Of a DNA stretch of 64,000 nt, positions 54,701 through 64,000 are shown one piece after another. A program made the position numbers and the translations under genes. How positions within the stretch are numbered: position 1 is the stretch's first letter; each line of letters begins with the position of its first letter. Source of the stretch: Kiritimatiellia bacterium (GTDB lineage: Bacteria > Verrucomicrobiota > Kiritimatiellia > RFP12 > UBA1067). The stretch is taken from positions 23,968 to 87,967 of the forward strand of contig JAFTCL010000029.1 in NCBI GenBank assembly GCA_017454745.1, read 5' to 3'. The notes below the pieces were generated by a model. That model had not been told where the DNA came from and did no database searches. It worked only from the letters and a program-made list of their open reading frames with translations.

Positions 54701-57406
54701 TTCGCCGGCCGGCACATCGATCTGCAATGTGCCGAACCCGATTTCGGCAAGACCGTACTCAAGCTGCACCAGCTCCATGTATCCGTCCGCCGGGACCATT
54801 GCCTTGGTGATGAAAATTCTGTAGTGCCGGTATGGCGTGGAGTTTTCAAAGGTGAAGGTGCGGCATTCCCAGCCCAGCCATCCTTTGACATCTTCCCGCT
54901 CGTCAAGAAGCACCCATTCATCTCCGTCGGCGGACCCGAGGAACTGCCACGACGAAGGAGCCCGGTTACCTTGTTCGTAGGTCTCGCCTTGGGGGCCGAT
55001 GTGGATCTTGTACGCCGTAATGAGGGTGTCCTCGCCAAAATCATAATCCACCACGCACGGAAGATTCGCGTTGGTGCAGATGATGCGGTGTGCGGCGTCA
55101 ACCTGACGTTCGAAGTTGTTGCTGAAGAGGTTCGATGCCTCACCGCGATATAATGTTGTGGTGGTGCTGGCCCGGTCCGGCTCCGGCAACGTGAGATCGA
55201 ACGGCGAGGTGATGGCGCCGTCGCCTTCAAGCCCCGCCACGCGCAGGGTCTTGCCGTTGAGGTCTATCGTGCCGGAAATGTTCAGCGTCCCAAGCCCGCG
55301 CCAGTCGCAATCCGCAGTAAGGCGGCAGTCCCCGAAGACGATTCTGGAACTTGGGATGCTCGTCTCCGCCGGCACGTTGAGCGAAACATCGCCTTCGATG
55401 GTCACGTCGGTGGTTTCGGCGGGCAGCGCGTCGGCGACTGCGGTGCCGTCCGCGTTGACGCAAGACCAGTTTTCCGGGTTGTTCAAATCTCCGTCGCCGG
55501 CGGCGCCGGTCCACGTCGCCCGGGCCACCGAAGCGGGCGTTCCGGCGGTTCCGTAGTATAGACCGCTTTCGGCCACTACCGGCTCTACTCCGAGCACGGC
55601 GGTTTCCCCGTCAAACGCGAAACCGACCGTATCGTCGGGTTTCGTGTTCCAGCGCATGATGCACATTCCTTCGGAAAGCTCGCGTCCTTGCAGGTTCACC
55701 GTCACCGTGGCTTCGGGGGCAAAGGTTATCGTGGTCATCGCGGTTGTGGTGCCGGTGTTCTTGCCGGTGGTGTGGAATATCCCGGTACGTCCGCTCAGGT
55801 CGAGCGTCGAACCGTCCTGCATTTCGCACCCGTGGAAGTAATCGGTGTTCGGCCGCAGGGTGCCGTAAACGCGGATTCCGCCATTAAAAGAGTGGGCGGC
55901 TTCGGCGTTGGGGGTGTTGAAAACGCAGTTTCCAACGCTAATGTAACCGCAGTTGGAGTTTACGTGCAGCCAGCCGTTGACGACCAGATCGCTTGCCCGG
56001 AAATCCGACGGCGAACGGTAAAATTCGTAAGTACCGTTTAGAACAAGCGTTCCGGCCGTCGAAACGGTGTTGGCGAAATAGAAGACCGGTCCGTTGTTGA
56101 CGGTCAGCGTGTGGCCGTCGAGGTCGAGTGTCGCTGTAGTGTAGCTGCTGTTTATAATGCCGTATGTCTTGTCGCCAAAATCGAAGGTGGAATCCGCGCC
56201 GACCCGAACGTTGGATATCATCGCTTTTGTCCATGCGCTTGCCGGCGTCACGGAGCTGGTAAGTGTGCTGCCGTCCAGGACAAACGTATATTTGACGTAG
56301 GCGACATTGCCATGCATATCGATAGTGGCTCCCGCGCCCACGCGCACCTCGCCGCCTTCCGCGCCAAACGCTAAATTCACCCCGTTAGTGGTTGCCAACA
56401 GTTTGCCTTCGCGAATCTCCAGCCCCCCGGTGAAGGTTTGCTGGTTATGCGCGGCGGAATAGGTTCCGGTTCCCTCTTTCACCACCTTTATGTTGCCCAG
56501 AATACCAACCAAGGCATCGGACGCATCTTCGGCGTTGTCCAGCAGGAGTTCGCTGACGGTTGCGGAGGAGTTGGTGATGGTGGCCGGGGCGTCGAACGCG
56601 TGAAGCCGCAGATTGTGTCCGTTCAGGTCGATGACCATTCCGTGGCGGGCTGCCGTAATGCCGTCCCATTCCTCATTCGCTTCCAGCTTGACGTTGTTTT
56701 TGTGGCCGAGCGGCGAGAATGGCTTGGAACCCAGATTGGGGTGGAAGGTGCCGGTCTGGGTTTCGAAAAGACCGCATTGGGAAACTGTGTTTGCCTCTTG
56801 GGTGTCAATGGCGGGGAGGAACTCGCGCACCAGCTTGCCGCTTTGATTGTACACCCGGAAGGAGTAGAAGCGGTACTTGGCCCAGTTGTCCATTGCGGAT
56901 TTTTCGTTGAGCGACATCCCGGAGGTGTGAGAAGCGAAAAGCGAGATCGGGCTGGCCGGCCAGAAATCGCTGGCGTTCGACAGGGTTCCGGCTTCTTCGC
57001 CGTTGACGGTGTATTTGCGCGTGTATCCATCGGCCACAATGGTATAGTCCAACTCCGCCTCAATGTTAAACTCGGAAAGTGCGCCTGTGTTGAGTCCGTA
57101 ATCGAAACGCAACGATGTGCCGTTTATCAAGAAACTAGTGAACGTCGCGGTAGTGGTATTGATGCCGCGGGAACAGAAAAAACATTGGGTAGCGGTAGAA
57201 TCTTTCAACTGGACCGAAATCTCGAATCGGTCGGTGCATAGAGGGGTGTAGTCGGTGAAGACCCACTGCGATCCGTTCGCCTCAACCCAATCCAACGGCA
57301 CGTAACGATTCGGGAGGTCCGTCCCGCGCGCCGCAAAGCCAAAGGCGCACGCGAACACCAGCACGCTCAAAATATGACCGGCAAAACCACGCTGCTCATG
57401 CTTCAT
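51719..57406 (-). CDS. Giant secreted beta-helix surface protein (1895 aa) with PATR-like repeats and internally repeated modules.
   Basis: Signal peptide MKHEQRGFAGHILSVLVFACAFGFAA. Repeated lectin/LamG-like module (…YRFYSFRVYNQSGKLVREFLPA and …GRFHHFRVYNPSGTLMREFLPA). Repeated TWTGAAGDGD..NP.NWSC..A.GTAV module. Repeats of the type GTGTYSAAHNQQTFTGGLEIREGKL. Confidence 0.7.
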   Translation of the reverse strand: MKHEQRGFAGHILSVLVFACAFGFAARGTDLPNRYVPLDWVEANGSQWVFTDYTPLCTDRFEISVQLKDSTATQCFFCSRGINTTTATFTSFLINGTSLRFDYGLNTGALSEFNIEAELDYTIVADGYTRKYTVNGEEAGTLSNASDFWPASPISLFASHTSGMSLNEKSAMDNWAKYRFYSFRVYNQSGKLVREFLPAIDTQEANTVSQCGLFETQTGTFHPNLGSKPFSPLGHKNNVKLEANEEWDGITAARHGMVIDLNGHNLRLHAFDAPATITNSSATVSELLLDNAEDASDALVGILGNIKVVKEGTGTYSAAHNQQTFTGGLEIREGKLLATTNGVNLAFGAEGGEVRVGAGATIDMHGNVAYVKYTFVLDGSTLTSSVTPASAWTKAMISNVRVGADSTFDFGDKTYGIINSSYTTATLDLDGHTLTVNNGPVFYFANTVSTAGTLVLNGTYEFYRSPSDFRASDLVVNGWLHVNSNCGYISVGNCVFNTPNAEAAHSFNGGIRVYGTLRPNTDYFHGCEMQDGSTLDLSGRTGIFHTTGKNTGTTTAMTTITFAPEATVTVNLQGRELSEGMCIMRWNTKPDDTVGFAFDGETAVLGVEPVVAESGLYYGTAGTPASVARATWTGAAGDGDLNNPENWSCVNADGTAVADALPAETTDVTIEGDVSLNVPAETSIPSSRIVFGDCRLTADCDWRGLGTLNISGTIDLNGKTLRVAGLEGDGAITSPFDLTLPEPDRASTTTTLYRGEASNLFSNNFERQVDAAHRIICTNANLPCVVDYDFGEDTLITAYKIHIGPQGETYEQGNRAPSSWQFLGSADGDEWVLLDEREDVKGWLGWECRTFTFENSTPYRHYRIFITKAMVPADGYMELVQLEYGLAEIGFGTLQIDVPAGEEIMNNRVLIDGNVRVEKTGDGSFIALKTRQTYNMGTQISGGFVRFGTSDAPLGRNKITLGAGATLDLGSGVNYSYGMYNLDLAGTVIATNATTQRIFGNISLSGDTTIVGRDDTFAFLNIAASPSLLALNGHTLTVEANGFTYIGAWRDNGTGGKLVLKGNEGARFETTYGYGPASSAVEFKGGAIIKGYKGPFDVGDFIYDGASWQLNTLAYTLAVHGTFRPGAMYPALTMCDGSTLDLSGESSVWSVEGLPAVAGSGNPRDFTEPGLVSFEDGAMVTLDVHGRTFNAGDMIISWPRKPENVTFAFDEATAAAGIAPTAGETGLFYGSAGVVEIATWTGAAGDGDVSNPANWSCADAAGTAVPNGMPHSGAVVRISGNVSLQIPVSTSIPYSRIELDNCVLTADCDWRGLDFSRCSGNTIDLRGHKLYVTNLGGDVTILDSTTEYEILDYVNIASGAWVNTGYTPSCNDRVVMKIRPAHTDANKCLYCSRTTNYKKSFSAFMITNKFRFDRDDGNVTASLTLNASTDYEVIADGKTLEATINGGNRVTMKAGDFTPGSAFVLFASHGKAPGNGVANYFTGRFHHFRVYNPSGTLMREFLPARRLADGAIGLLETTNYTFFMSNTSTGFTEGEKTINSYGHNPGELHVTVPDGEICDNTATSLLGNLKLVKEGEGTLVGSCAGQTYGGGTVIACGTARARTAIKDNLTYYEAQYYWGGENTELTIEQDAVFDICGQYAFRVHNIVMNGGTLANSGPDQTNTNYGGIGNVKFTADATFDLPCSTTFYTPDKVIDLNGHTLTVHLGSDKTFWIGELFKNGTVEVVSGGWVRPYQLNNFDMPTVNLHLSGGVALWLGASFTVDEFSMDGETEKISRGIYPVDVLGQYQPQGQSDGLYGCLLHDGAVLDLSQCEGELQARSPDVWGCGSTTYADDATITIHLVGREVHSGERLVAWETPPNNVKFVLDEESRLASRCNLKIANDGIYVLKGLIIILK

Positions 57407-57581
57407 AACTTACCTCCAACTCAAAGTGTCACACAAAAACGCAACTAACCTTATGAAATAACACCAAAACACGTTTTTAAAAAACGCCCATCTTTGAACG
57501 GTGGGGACATCTTATCAAAATTCCGCCCGATTTTTCAAGCGGAAACGCGTTTTTGGAGGCTAATAACTTTTTCGGCGGCTT

Positions 57582-60314
57582 TTAACGGGAAACGCCGGGC
57601 TTTGCGCCATCGGGCGCCGCAACGATGGCCGGCCCCAAGGGATAGCGTCCGAAACGCGGGCCATATACGGCCAGGCCGGCATCCGACGCCAGTCTTATCA
57701 CGACCTTGCCATCCTTCGCCGCTTCCGGCGGTATCGCCGTTTCTACGAGATAACCGTAACTTCCCGCCTCGCGCAGCCGTCCGTCATGCGGCTGGGCGAG
57801 CCAGGAAAGTATGCCGCGGTGGTCTGCGGGGTCGTCCGCCAGCACACAAGTCATCGTCTCCTTGCCGTTTACGAAAACGGTGAGGTTGGCCGGGAACTTT
57901 TCGACGCTCGTCTGCGGATAGCTGTTTGAATTTTTCGACCGCTCCATCGACCGTTTGCCGGTCATGTAATTGATCTGCCTATCCTCGTTCTTGCGGTCTT
58001 TCCAGTTTTTGCGCTTCGCCGAAAGTTCCGCACGGAACACGCCGCCTTCCTTCGGCACGGGCAACTCGTATTCGAAAAATCCCTTTCCGAACCCGTTCAG
58101 TTTCAGGCCGCCCAAAACCTCGGCCGTACCTTCTGACCACTCCGCTGCCATAGGCTTTGCCATCTCAGCGCTATTTTCCATAGTCGAGAACGACCAGAAA
58201 TTACGCGCGACGGGCTTCCCGTCTGCCATAAGGCTAAACTCTATGCAGCCGCACGCGGGGCCGTCCGGCATGACGAACCCGGCGTCCCAAAGTTTCTCGC
58301 ACTGCCAGCTCTTAGCGACAAACTCGCCGCCAACTGGCACGGCGTTTGCCACGCGTTTTATTCCTCGCCCGTCGAACCACCACGCGCTTTTCGAAAGCGT
58401 CAGCTTCTTTCCCGAGAACTCGTCCGTGATGAACGACACGCCAACCGGGATGCTGACCTCCGCGCCGGGCTTAACCGCCTCGCCGATTTCGCGCCCACGC
58501 GTCCCGAGGAGCGTGACCGCCGCCTTGCCGTGAAGATCCGCCAACCTCATGCCCGCAAGCTCCTCAAGCCCCGTCTCCTTCCAAGTGCGGTCGGCCCGGA
58601 CATATCCGTTCCACTCCACGATTACGTCGTGGTGTTCCGTGTAGATCCATCCGGAACACTTTAAGTGGCTGCGGAAGGCGTTGATCATGGCGTGGTAATC
58701 CCAAGTGAAATCGCAGTCGCCCGTGGAACCTGAATACCCCCATACATTCCCGCACTCCGTGTTCATCATCGGTACGCCGTTTTGCGCGTATCCGGGTACG
58801 TAGTTACAGGCGGAACCCGCGTATGTATTGGTGCAGACCCGTTCAAGCTTGTCGAACCATCTGTAGGCCGGGCAATACCGATGCCAGGAGTTTACGTCCG
58901 AGACCAAATGGTCGCGGTTGCAAGCGGAATTGTCGTCCACGATTCGCGTCGCGTCGAGCTTCTTCGCTTTACGGTAGGCTTCCGCAACTTGCCGCTTTGC
59001 CGTATCGTCGTACCCGCCCCCTTCGCCGAAGCGCTTCGAAAGGAGCCCCCACGTTTCGTTGAAAAGCGTCCACTGGTAAATCGAGGGATGGTTGAAGTCG
59101 CGCTTCACCATCTCCTCAAAGCATTTCCAATGCTCATCGAACATCGCGTCGCTGGCCTTGCCCCAGGCATTGGGAACGTCGGCTTGAACGAGAAGGCCGA
59201 GTTTGTCTGCCCAATACAGTTTGCGCGGAACCTCCGCCTTGATGTGGACGCGGTTGCCGGATAGCGCAAGTTGTTTTGATATGAGGATTTCGTTCTTCAT
59301 GAACTCATCGGTGGGGAAAGTGTAGTAGCCTTCCGGATGATAGCTCTGGTCCAAGCACATCTGCAGGTAAATGGGTTTCCCGTTCAGCGTCACATAGGGA
59401 TCGCCGTTCGGATTGATGCCCGTGCCGATCTCCCTGAAGCCGAAATACGTGCGGACTTCGTCCTGCGGCAGCCGGATGACGACATCGTAGAGGTAGGGGT
59501 TCTCAAGATTCCACAGCTTCGGTGACGCGATGGCTATCTCTGCGGACTTTTCGACTTTGCCTTTCGCGAACCGGACCTCGGAGGTCCTTCCGTCAAGCGC
59601 CACCTGCGCCACGATTGGCGCGTCAGCCGGTCCGCCAAGGCGCAAGTCCACCCGGACTGACGACTTGGCAATGGTCGGCGTAAAGCGCGCGCATTCGAAG
59701 TAGGTTTGCCCGCGAGCCTCCAGGTAAACAGTCTGCCAGATGCCGCGAACATTGCCGTAACCCTGTTTCCCGAAAAGGTAATGGCCGTCGCGTGCGGCAA
59801 AAAAGTCCGGATCCCATATTTTGAATTCGGCGGTTTGCTCCTCGCCCCACTTCACCCGGTCGGTTATCTCGAACTCAAACGGCGTGTAACCGCCCACATG
59901 CCGGCCAAGAGGTTTGCCGTCGAACGAAAACTCCGTGTCATGGTCCGCCGCGCCCACGATAATGAACACGCGTTTACCCTTCCATTCCTGAGGGACTTTG
60001 ATTTTGCGACGGTAATAGCCCGTATCTTTTCCCTTGATGTCCTTGACGCCGGAAAGGGCAGACCCCCAGCCGAACGGAACGGTAATCGTACTGTCGTACG
60101 TTCCTTCCTCCAGACCAAAGTCCCACTGCCCGTTCAGGTTGACCCATTCCGGTCGGTTCCAGTCCGGTCTGGGGTGTTCAGGCAGCGGAATGTCCGCGTA
60201 TGCGCAAAACGCCCAGAACACCGCAAATAGGGCGGGGGAGGCGTTTTTAAGCGCACCAACGCGTGTATTATGCGGGCGGGCTTTTCGCCCGCAATCGGTC
60301 TGAATGTTTCCCAT
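57582..60314 (-). CDS. Glycoside hydrolase family 2 protein.
   Basis: N-terminal GH2 sugar-binding domain (WQTVYLEARG, RVFIIVGAADHDTEFSFDGKPLGRHVGGYTPFEFEITD) followed by a TIM-barrel region with ...HYNETW-like blocks. The start is uncertain; a GTG upstream of the signal-like h-region ALFAVFWAFCAYA is possible. Confidence 0.65.
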   Translation of the reverse strand: MGNIQTDCGRKARPHNTRVGALKNASPALFAVFWAFCAYADIPLPEHPRPDWNRPEWVNLNGQWDFGLEEGTYDSTITVPFGWGSALSGVKDIKGKDTGYYRRKIKVPQEWKGKRVFIIVGAADHDTEFSFDGKPLGRHVGGYTPFEFEITDRVKWGEEQTAEFKIWDPDFFAARDGHYLFGKQGYGNVRGIWQTVYLEARGQTYFECARFTPTIAKSSVRVDLRLGGPADAPIVAQVALDGRTSEVRFAKGKVEKSAEIAIASPKLWNLENPYLYDVVIRLPQDEVRTYFGFREIGTGINPNGDPYVTLNGKPIYLQMCLDQSYHPEGYYTFPTDEFMKNEILISKQLALSGNRVHIKAEVPRKLYWADKLGLLVQADVPNAWGKASDAMFDEHWKCFEEMVKRDFNHPSIYQWTLFNETWGLLSKRFGEGGGYDDTAKRQVAEAYRKAKKLDATRIVDDNSACNRDHLVSDVNSWHRYCPAYRWFDKLERVCTNTYAGSACNYVPGYAQNGVPMMNTECGNVWGYSGSTGDCDFTWDYHAMINAFRSHLKCSGWIYTEHHDVIVEWNGYVRADRTWKETGLEELAGMRLADLHGKAAVTLLGTRGREIGEAVKPGAEVSIPVGVSFITDEFSGKKLTLSKSAWWFDGRGIKRVANAVPVGGEFVAKSWQCEKLWDAGFVMPDGPACGCIEFSLMADGKPVARNFWSFSTMENSAEMAKPMAAEWSEGTAEVLGGLKLNGFGKGFFEYELPVPKEGGVFRAELSAKRKNWKDRKNEDRQINYMTGKRSMERSKNSNSYPQTSVEKFPANLTVFVNGKETMTCVLADDPADHRGILSWLAQPHDGRLREAGSYGYLVETAIPPEAAKDGKVVIRLASDAGLAVYGPRFGRYPLGPAIVAAPDGAKPGVSR

Positions 60315-60324
60315 TTGCTTCTCC

Positions 60325-62742
60325 TTATCGAACTAAAATCACCGTTCCGCCTACGTAAATCAACTGCAATCCGGTTTGATCGGGTTTGATAACGAAGTGG
60401 TTGTCCTTCGTGGCTTCATCCAAAACAAACGTCACGTCCGACGGCTCGGCCTCCCATTTGATAAGGTATGGGTTTCCGGAGCTGGACAGAAAACGGGATC
60501 CGTTTCCGGCCAGATCGACCATGATTGTCGCTTGCGGCGCAAATGCCAGCGTGTTGCTTCCGGTGGTGGACAACGAGAGCGTGGCGGTCCGCTCCGAAAA
60601 GTCGATCGAGACCCCGTCCAGCAGCGTACAGCCGTAGAAGCAATCGGTGGTTGGCGCAAATGTGCCGCTCACCGTCATTTCCGCCGTACCGGAATTGGAG
60701 TTACCGGTGTAGGTTGCCTTATAATCGCGCAGTGAGACGTCGTTAATGATGTTTAGCGCGCAACCGGCATGGAGGTCGAGGTTCGTCGCCGCCACATATC
60801 CGCCGTCAACGCCGAGGTACAACGTTCCCGCTCCGGAAGTGGTGATGGTTCCGTTGAGGATTGCGGTTTTAAAAAGACGGTGGAATATTCCCGAGGGGAT
60901 CCCTATCGAAAGGTTGTGCCCGCCCAGATCAATAATTGCGCCGCCTTCGTCAGCCCCCATTCCCGAATGGTTGACGACACCCATAGTCGAGTCCGCCGTC
61001 AAAAACAGATACTTCAGAACGGTCGGTCCCGGATTATACAGCATCCCGCCGGCCAGGATAAACTGGCAGTCCGCATGTTTCGACTTATAGTCAAAATCAA
61101 TCGTTCCGCTCTCGTTAACCGTCACATCCACCATGGGGAGGAGTATAACGTCGTCGAGCATCGTGATTCGGGTGCCGTTGCCGGGAGTTTGGCGGAATTC
61201 CAAAATGTAATCCCCCGCTTCGGGTAGGACCAGAGTGGTCTCGAAACCCGTCCGGCCCGTATCCGACGCCACGACAGACCCGGCGGTTATCACGTCATCC
61301 CCGTGGAGGATGTTAGCCTTCACCGTCGATCCTCTGGTATTGGAATAGAGGTAGCAGGCGATATACGAGAATCGCAACTGATAGATCCCCGGCTTGGCGA
61401 CGCTGAACGCCTGGCGGATATACACTTCGCTGCCGTTTGCAGTGGTTCTCAGAACTGCCGCGTATTTGCCAACCGGCGTCGATGGGGCGATGTATCCGCC
61501 GGCACCGTTGGGTATAAGACCGGCGTAAGAGCTGTCATCACCTCCGGACGCCGTCCAGTACGGGTTTGCCGTCCATTCCGGTGACGTGGCCCATACGGTG
61601 CTTCCCGGCGATCCGACATCCGCCTCGTCAAACGTCCCGTTCCGGATCAGGTTGCGGTCAGACACCTGTTCCAAGACGATGTCATCGAATCCGGTTACCT
61701 GAATTTTGTCGCTGCCCTTCTGGGAGAAACGCAGGGCATAGGTTCCGGCTTTGGCTATCGTTATCATTGGTACGTCGATCGCGGTCTTGACGGTGCAGCC
61801 GGCCGTATAGGTAAAGGTGAAAATTCCGGCGTTGCTGACAGTGTCGGTCAGAGTAACGGTGACGGATGCGCCCCTGCGCGCGGACAAGCTCGGTGGGATG
61901 CTCACAAAACCCAGCCGGTAGATTCCCGGTATGAAACAGGTTATCGTTTGCTCGAACCATCCGTCCCCGAAATCAGTTGTTCCGTTATTCCCGGTTCGCA
62001 GATAAGCGGCGTATGTTCCGACATCGATACCGCTCTCAAACATGGTGTTCGAGTTTTTGCCCTTGTCAAGCCCGGCGTTCACGCCGTCGCATGTCCACCC
62101 CGGGTTGACCGGCCAGTCGGCGCCGGTCGTGTATGCGTATCTCCCCGAGATGGACGCGCTTTCAAAATCCCCGTTCATTACGAGATTCGCGCCGCCGGCC
62201 TGTCCGAGCGAACCGGAGGAATTGTACTTGAAAACGCCGCCGTCGATTTCCGTCCCGCCGGTATAGCCCTGATAATTCCGCGCCGCCGTGAAGGTTCCGT
62301 TCCCGGTTTTTACCAACCGAAGGTTGCCGAACAGCCCCACCGAATCGTTGGTCAGGTCGGAATCGGAATCGATGCAAAGGATGCCGGTGTCGCCGCTCGT
62401 GCAGACGATCGCGCCGTTCCCGGCTATGCCCCGCACCGTGAGCGTATGGCCGTTAAGATCCACCGTCACGCCGTCATCCACCGTCAGGGTGCCGTCAACC
62501 GTCCAGTCGCTGTTCAGCACCGCATTCTCGCTGACCGTCTCGTTCATTGCAAAAACGCCGAACCGCATAAAGATGAAGGCGGTGGCAATCGACAAACCCT
62601 TCCACACGCCATGTGAGCGTGTGACGCGTTTAAAAAATGTGTGGCCAATCCTCGTCATTTTCGCATTCTTCATAACCGAATCTCCTTTCAACGAGATAAA
62701 TAATACCACAAATCGCGGGAAAAGGAAATAATCTTTTCGCAA
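60325..62742 (-). CDS. Secreted PATR-repeat beta-helix protein (805 aa).
   Basis: VKTGNGTFTAARNYQGYTGGTEIDGGVF PATR-type repeat. Signal-like segment GLSIATAFIFMRFGVFA. The start codon is ambiguous (MRKD, MKNAK or MTRIG). Confidence 0.6.
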   Translation of the reverse strand: MRKDYFLFPRFVVLFISLKGDSVMKNAKMTRIGHTFFKRVTRSHGVWKGLSIATAFIFMRFGVFAMNETVSENAVLNSDWTVDGTLTVDDGVTVDLNGHTLTVRGIAGNGAIVCTSGDTGILCIDSDSDLTNDSVGLFGNLRLVKTGNGTFTAARNYQGYTGGTEIDGGVFKYNSSGSLGQAGGANLVMNGDFESASISGRYAYTTGADWPVNPGWTCDGVNAGLDKGKNSNTMFESGIDVGTYAAYLRTGNNGTTDFGDGWFEQTITCFIPGIYRLGFVSIPPSLSARRGASVTVTLTDTVSNAGIFTFTYTAGCTVKTAIDVPMITIAKAGTYALRFSQKGSDKIQVTGFDDIVLEQVSDRNLIRNGTFDEADVGSPGSTVWATSPEWTANPYWTASGGDDSSYAGLIPNGAGGYIAPSTPVGKYAAVLRTTANGSEVYIRQAFSVAKPGIYQLRFSYIACYLYSNTRGSTVKANILHGDDVITAGSVVASDTGRTGFETTLVLPEAGDYILEFRQTPGNGTRITMLDDVILLPMVDVTVNESGTIDFDYKSKHADCQFILAGGMLYNPGPTVLKYLFLTADSTMGVVNHSGMGADEGGAIIDLGGHNLSIGIPSGIFHRLFKTAILNGTITTSGAGTLYLGVDGGYVAATNLDLHAGCALNIINDVSLRDYKATYTGNSNSGTAEMTVSGTFAPTTDCFYGCTLLDGVSIDFSERTATLSLSTTGSNTLAFAPQATIMVDLAGNGSRFLSSSGNPYLIKWEAEPSDVTFVLDEATKDNHFVIKPDQTGLQLIYVGGTVILVR

Positions 62743-63109
62743 AAAAAAAGTTATATTTTCGCTAAAATTCGAATATTTGCGGTTTTTGGGGGGTAAAATG
62801 TGGCTCTAGCGGGTGCATCGCGACCGCGATTTGCCATATTTTTCTGATGATGGCTGCAATCGAAATATGGTATATAGCCCGTTACCGCAATTGATCGACT
62901 GGCGACTGAATCAACCGCCCAACGGTCCAACTTATATGAATGAAAATGCGGCTTTACTTCACCGGTTGTTTTGTGTTATGCTTTTTATGTTTTCAAGGAA
63001 ATGTCTGTCGGCGGCGATTGGGTTGCTTGAGCCGCTTTTGCAATCGTGGCGGGCGGCCGGTTTCCGCGGAAATCCGTAGTTTTTAATCTTGTTTGAAAGG
63101 AATTAACGC

Positions 63110-64000
63110 ATGAATAAGTTGATTGGTTTGACCGTGGCGGCAGCGGGGCTGATGGTGGTCGGCGAGTCATTGGCTTACGCTCCGGCGGAGAACCCGCTGA
63201 TGACGGTTTGGGGTGAGAAGATAACCCCGGAAACGGCGTGGACGGAGTATCCGCGGCCGAACCTGGTGCGCGAGAACTGGCAGAATCTGAACGGTTTGTG
63301 GCAGTACAGCATCAACAAGCGCGAAGACGGGGTTCCGGAAGAGTGGCAGGGCGAGATTCTGGTGCCGTTCTGCGTGGAATCCGCGCTTTCTGGCGTGAAG
63401 CATTTGATGGAAACGCCGGAGCAGCTTTGGTACAAGCGGTCGTTCGACGCCAAGTTCGATTCCTCGAAGGAAAGACTGTTGCTGCACTTTGGCGCGGTCG
63501 ATTACCGGACGCAGGTGTTCGTCAACGGCATTGAGGTCACCGATGCCCCGCACACCGGCGGCAACCAGCCCTTTACGATTGACATTACCGATGCGGCGGT
63601 GCAGGGCGCGAACGAACTGGTGGTGGCGGTTTGGGACCCGACCAACAGTGACGGACGTTTCACCCAGAGCATGGGCAAGCAGCACTGCAAGCCGGGCGGA
63701 TGCATGTACACCCGCGTTTCCGGCATTTGGCAGACCGTTTGGACCGAAGTGGTCCCGGCCACCTACATCACCGGTTACAAGGTGGTCACGGATATCGATG
63801 CCGGAACGGTGGCAGTTACCGTCCAGGCAGAGGGCGACCTCTCCAACGCCAAGGTCAGCCTGAAGGTGAAATACGGCGACAAGGTGGTCTCCAGCGGCAA
63901 AGTTAAAAGCTGGGGGAAACCGGTGGTGCTGCCGGTGAAGGACGCGCAGTTGTGGTCGCCCGCCAATCCTAACCTTTACGGTCTGGAGATTAAGCTGGAG
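63110..64000 (+). CDS. Glycoside hydrolase family 2 protein, 3'-truncated by the window end.
   Basis: ATG at 63110. Signal peptide MNKLIGLTVAAAGLMVVGESLAYA. GH2 N-terminal sugar-binding motifs (WQTVWTEVVPATYI, HFGAVDYRTQVFVNGIEV, paralogous to 57582..60314). The frame is open to position 64000. Confidence 0.7.
   Translation, partial: MNKLIGLTVAAAGLMVVGESLAYAPAENPLMTVWGEKITPETAWTEYPRPNLVRENWQNLNGLWQYSINKREDGVPEEWQGEILVPFCVESALSGVKHLMETPEQLWYKRSFDAKFDSSKERLLLHFGAVDYRTQVFVNGIEVTDAPHTGGNQPFTIDITDAAVQGANELVVAVWDPTNSDGRFTQSMGKQHCKPGGCMYTRVSGIWQTVWTEVVPATYITGYKVVTDIDAGTVAVTVQAEGDLSNAKVSLKVKYGDKVVSSGKVKSWGKPVVLPVKDAQLWSPANPNLYGLEIKLE

Noticed and set aside
62990-63035. Possible sigma54 promoter (TTGCTTGAGCCGCTTTTGCAA) upstream of the GH2 gene.
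   Set aside because: There is no GG-N10-GC spacing and no TGGCAC element.
1-64000. CRISPR arrays, rRNA, tRNA or tmRNA genes, and transposase or integrase genes.
   Set aside because: No regularly spaced direct repeats with unique spacers were seen. There are no rRNA or tRNA-like conserved strings and no DDE or tyrosine-recombinase motifs. The low-GC island lacks an identifiable integrase or flanking direct repeats.

Overview
High-GC (about 60-62%) chromosomal window, probably from a bacterium of the PVC superphylum (Verrucomicrobia/Lentisphaerae/Kiritimatiellae-like). The basis is gene content: several glycoside hydrolases, giant secreted beta-helix proteins with autotransporter-associated (PATR-type) repeats, many FGE/SUMF1-domain paralogues and a PSCyt-like CxxCH module. 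About 40 protein-coding genes are supported and are listed from left to right in the features. I found no rRNA or tRNA genes and no CRISPR array. The most interesting part is a roughly 6.3 kb low-GC (about 50%) island at 42740-49050 inserted between two GH genes. It has a DUF234-type AAA ATPase, an AT-rich control region with two identical 12-bp inverted repeats with 11-bp spacers (TGTCACATTATT-N11-AATAATGTGACA), a roughly 650-nt region with no convincing ORF that ends in a strong intrinsic terminator (possible structured RNA), three tandem secreted CsgG/LpoB-like proteins, and a secreted FGE-domain protein. Other notable items are a FeoB with a roughly 200-aa acidic, Cys-rich loop insertion plus a 55-aa Cys-rich peptide gene absent from the ORF track, a dyad array of TTGCCA/TGGCAA half-sites downstream of the feo locus, and a near-consensus promoter with a palindromic operator upstream of the OMP-feo locus. 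All calls rest on motif recognition by eye; no database searches were run.
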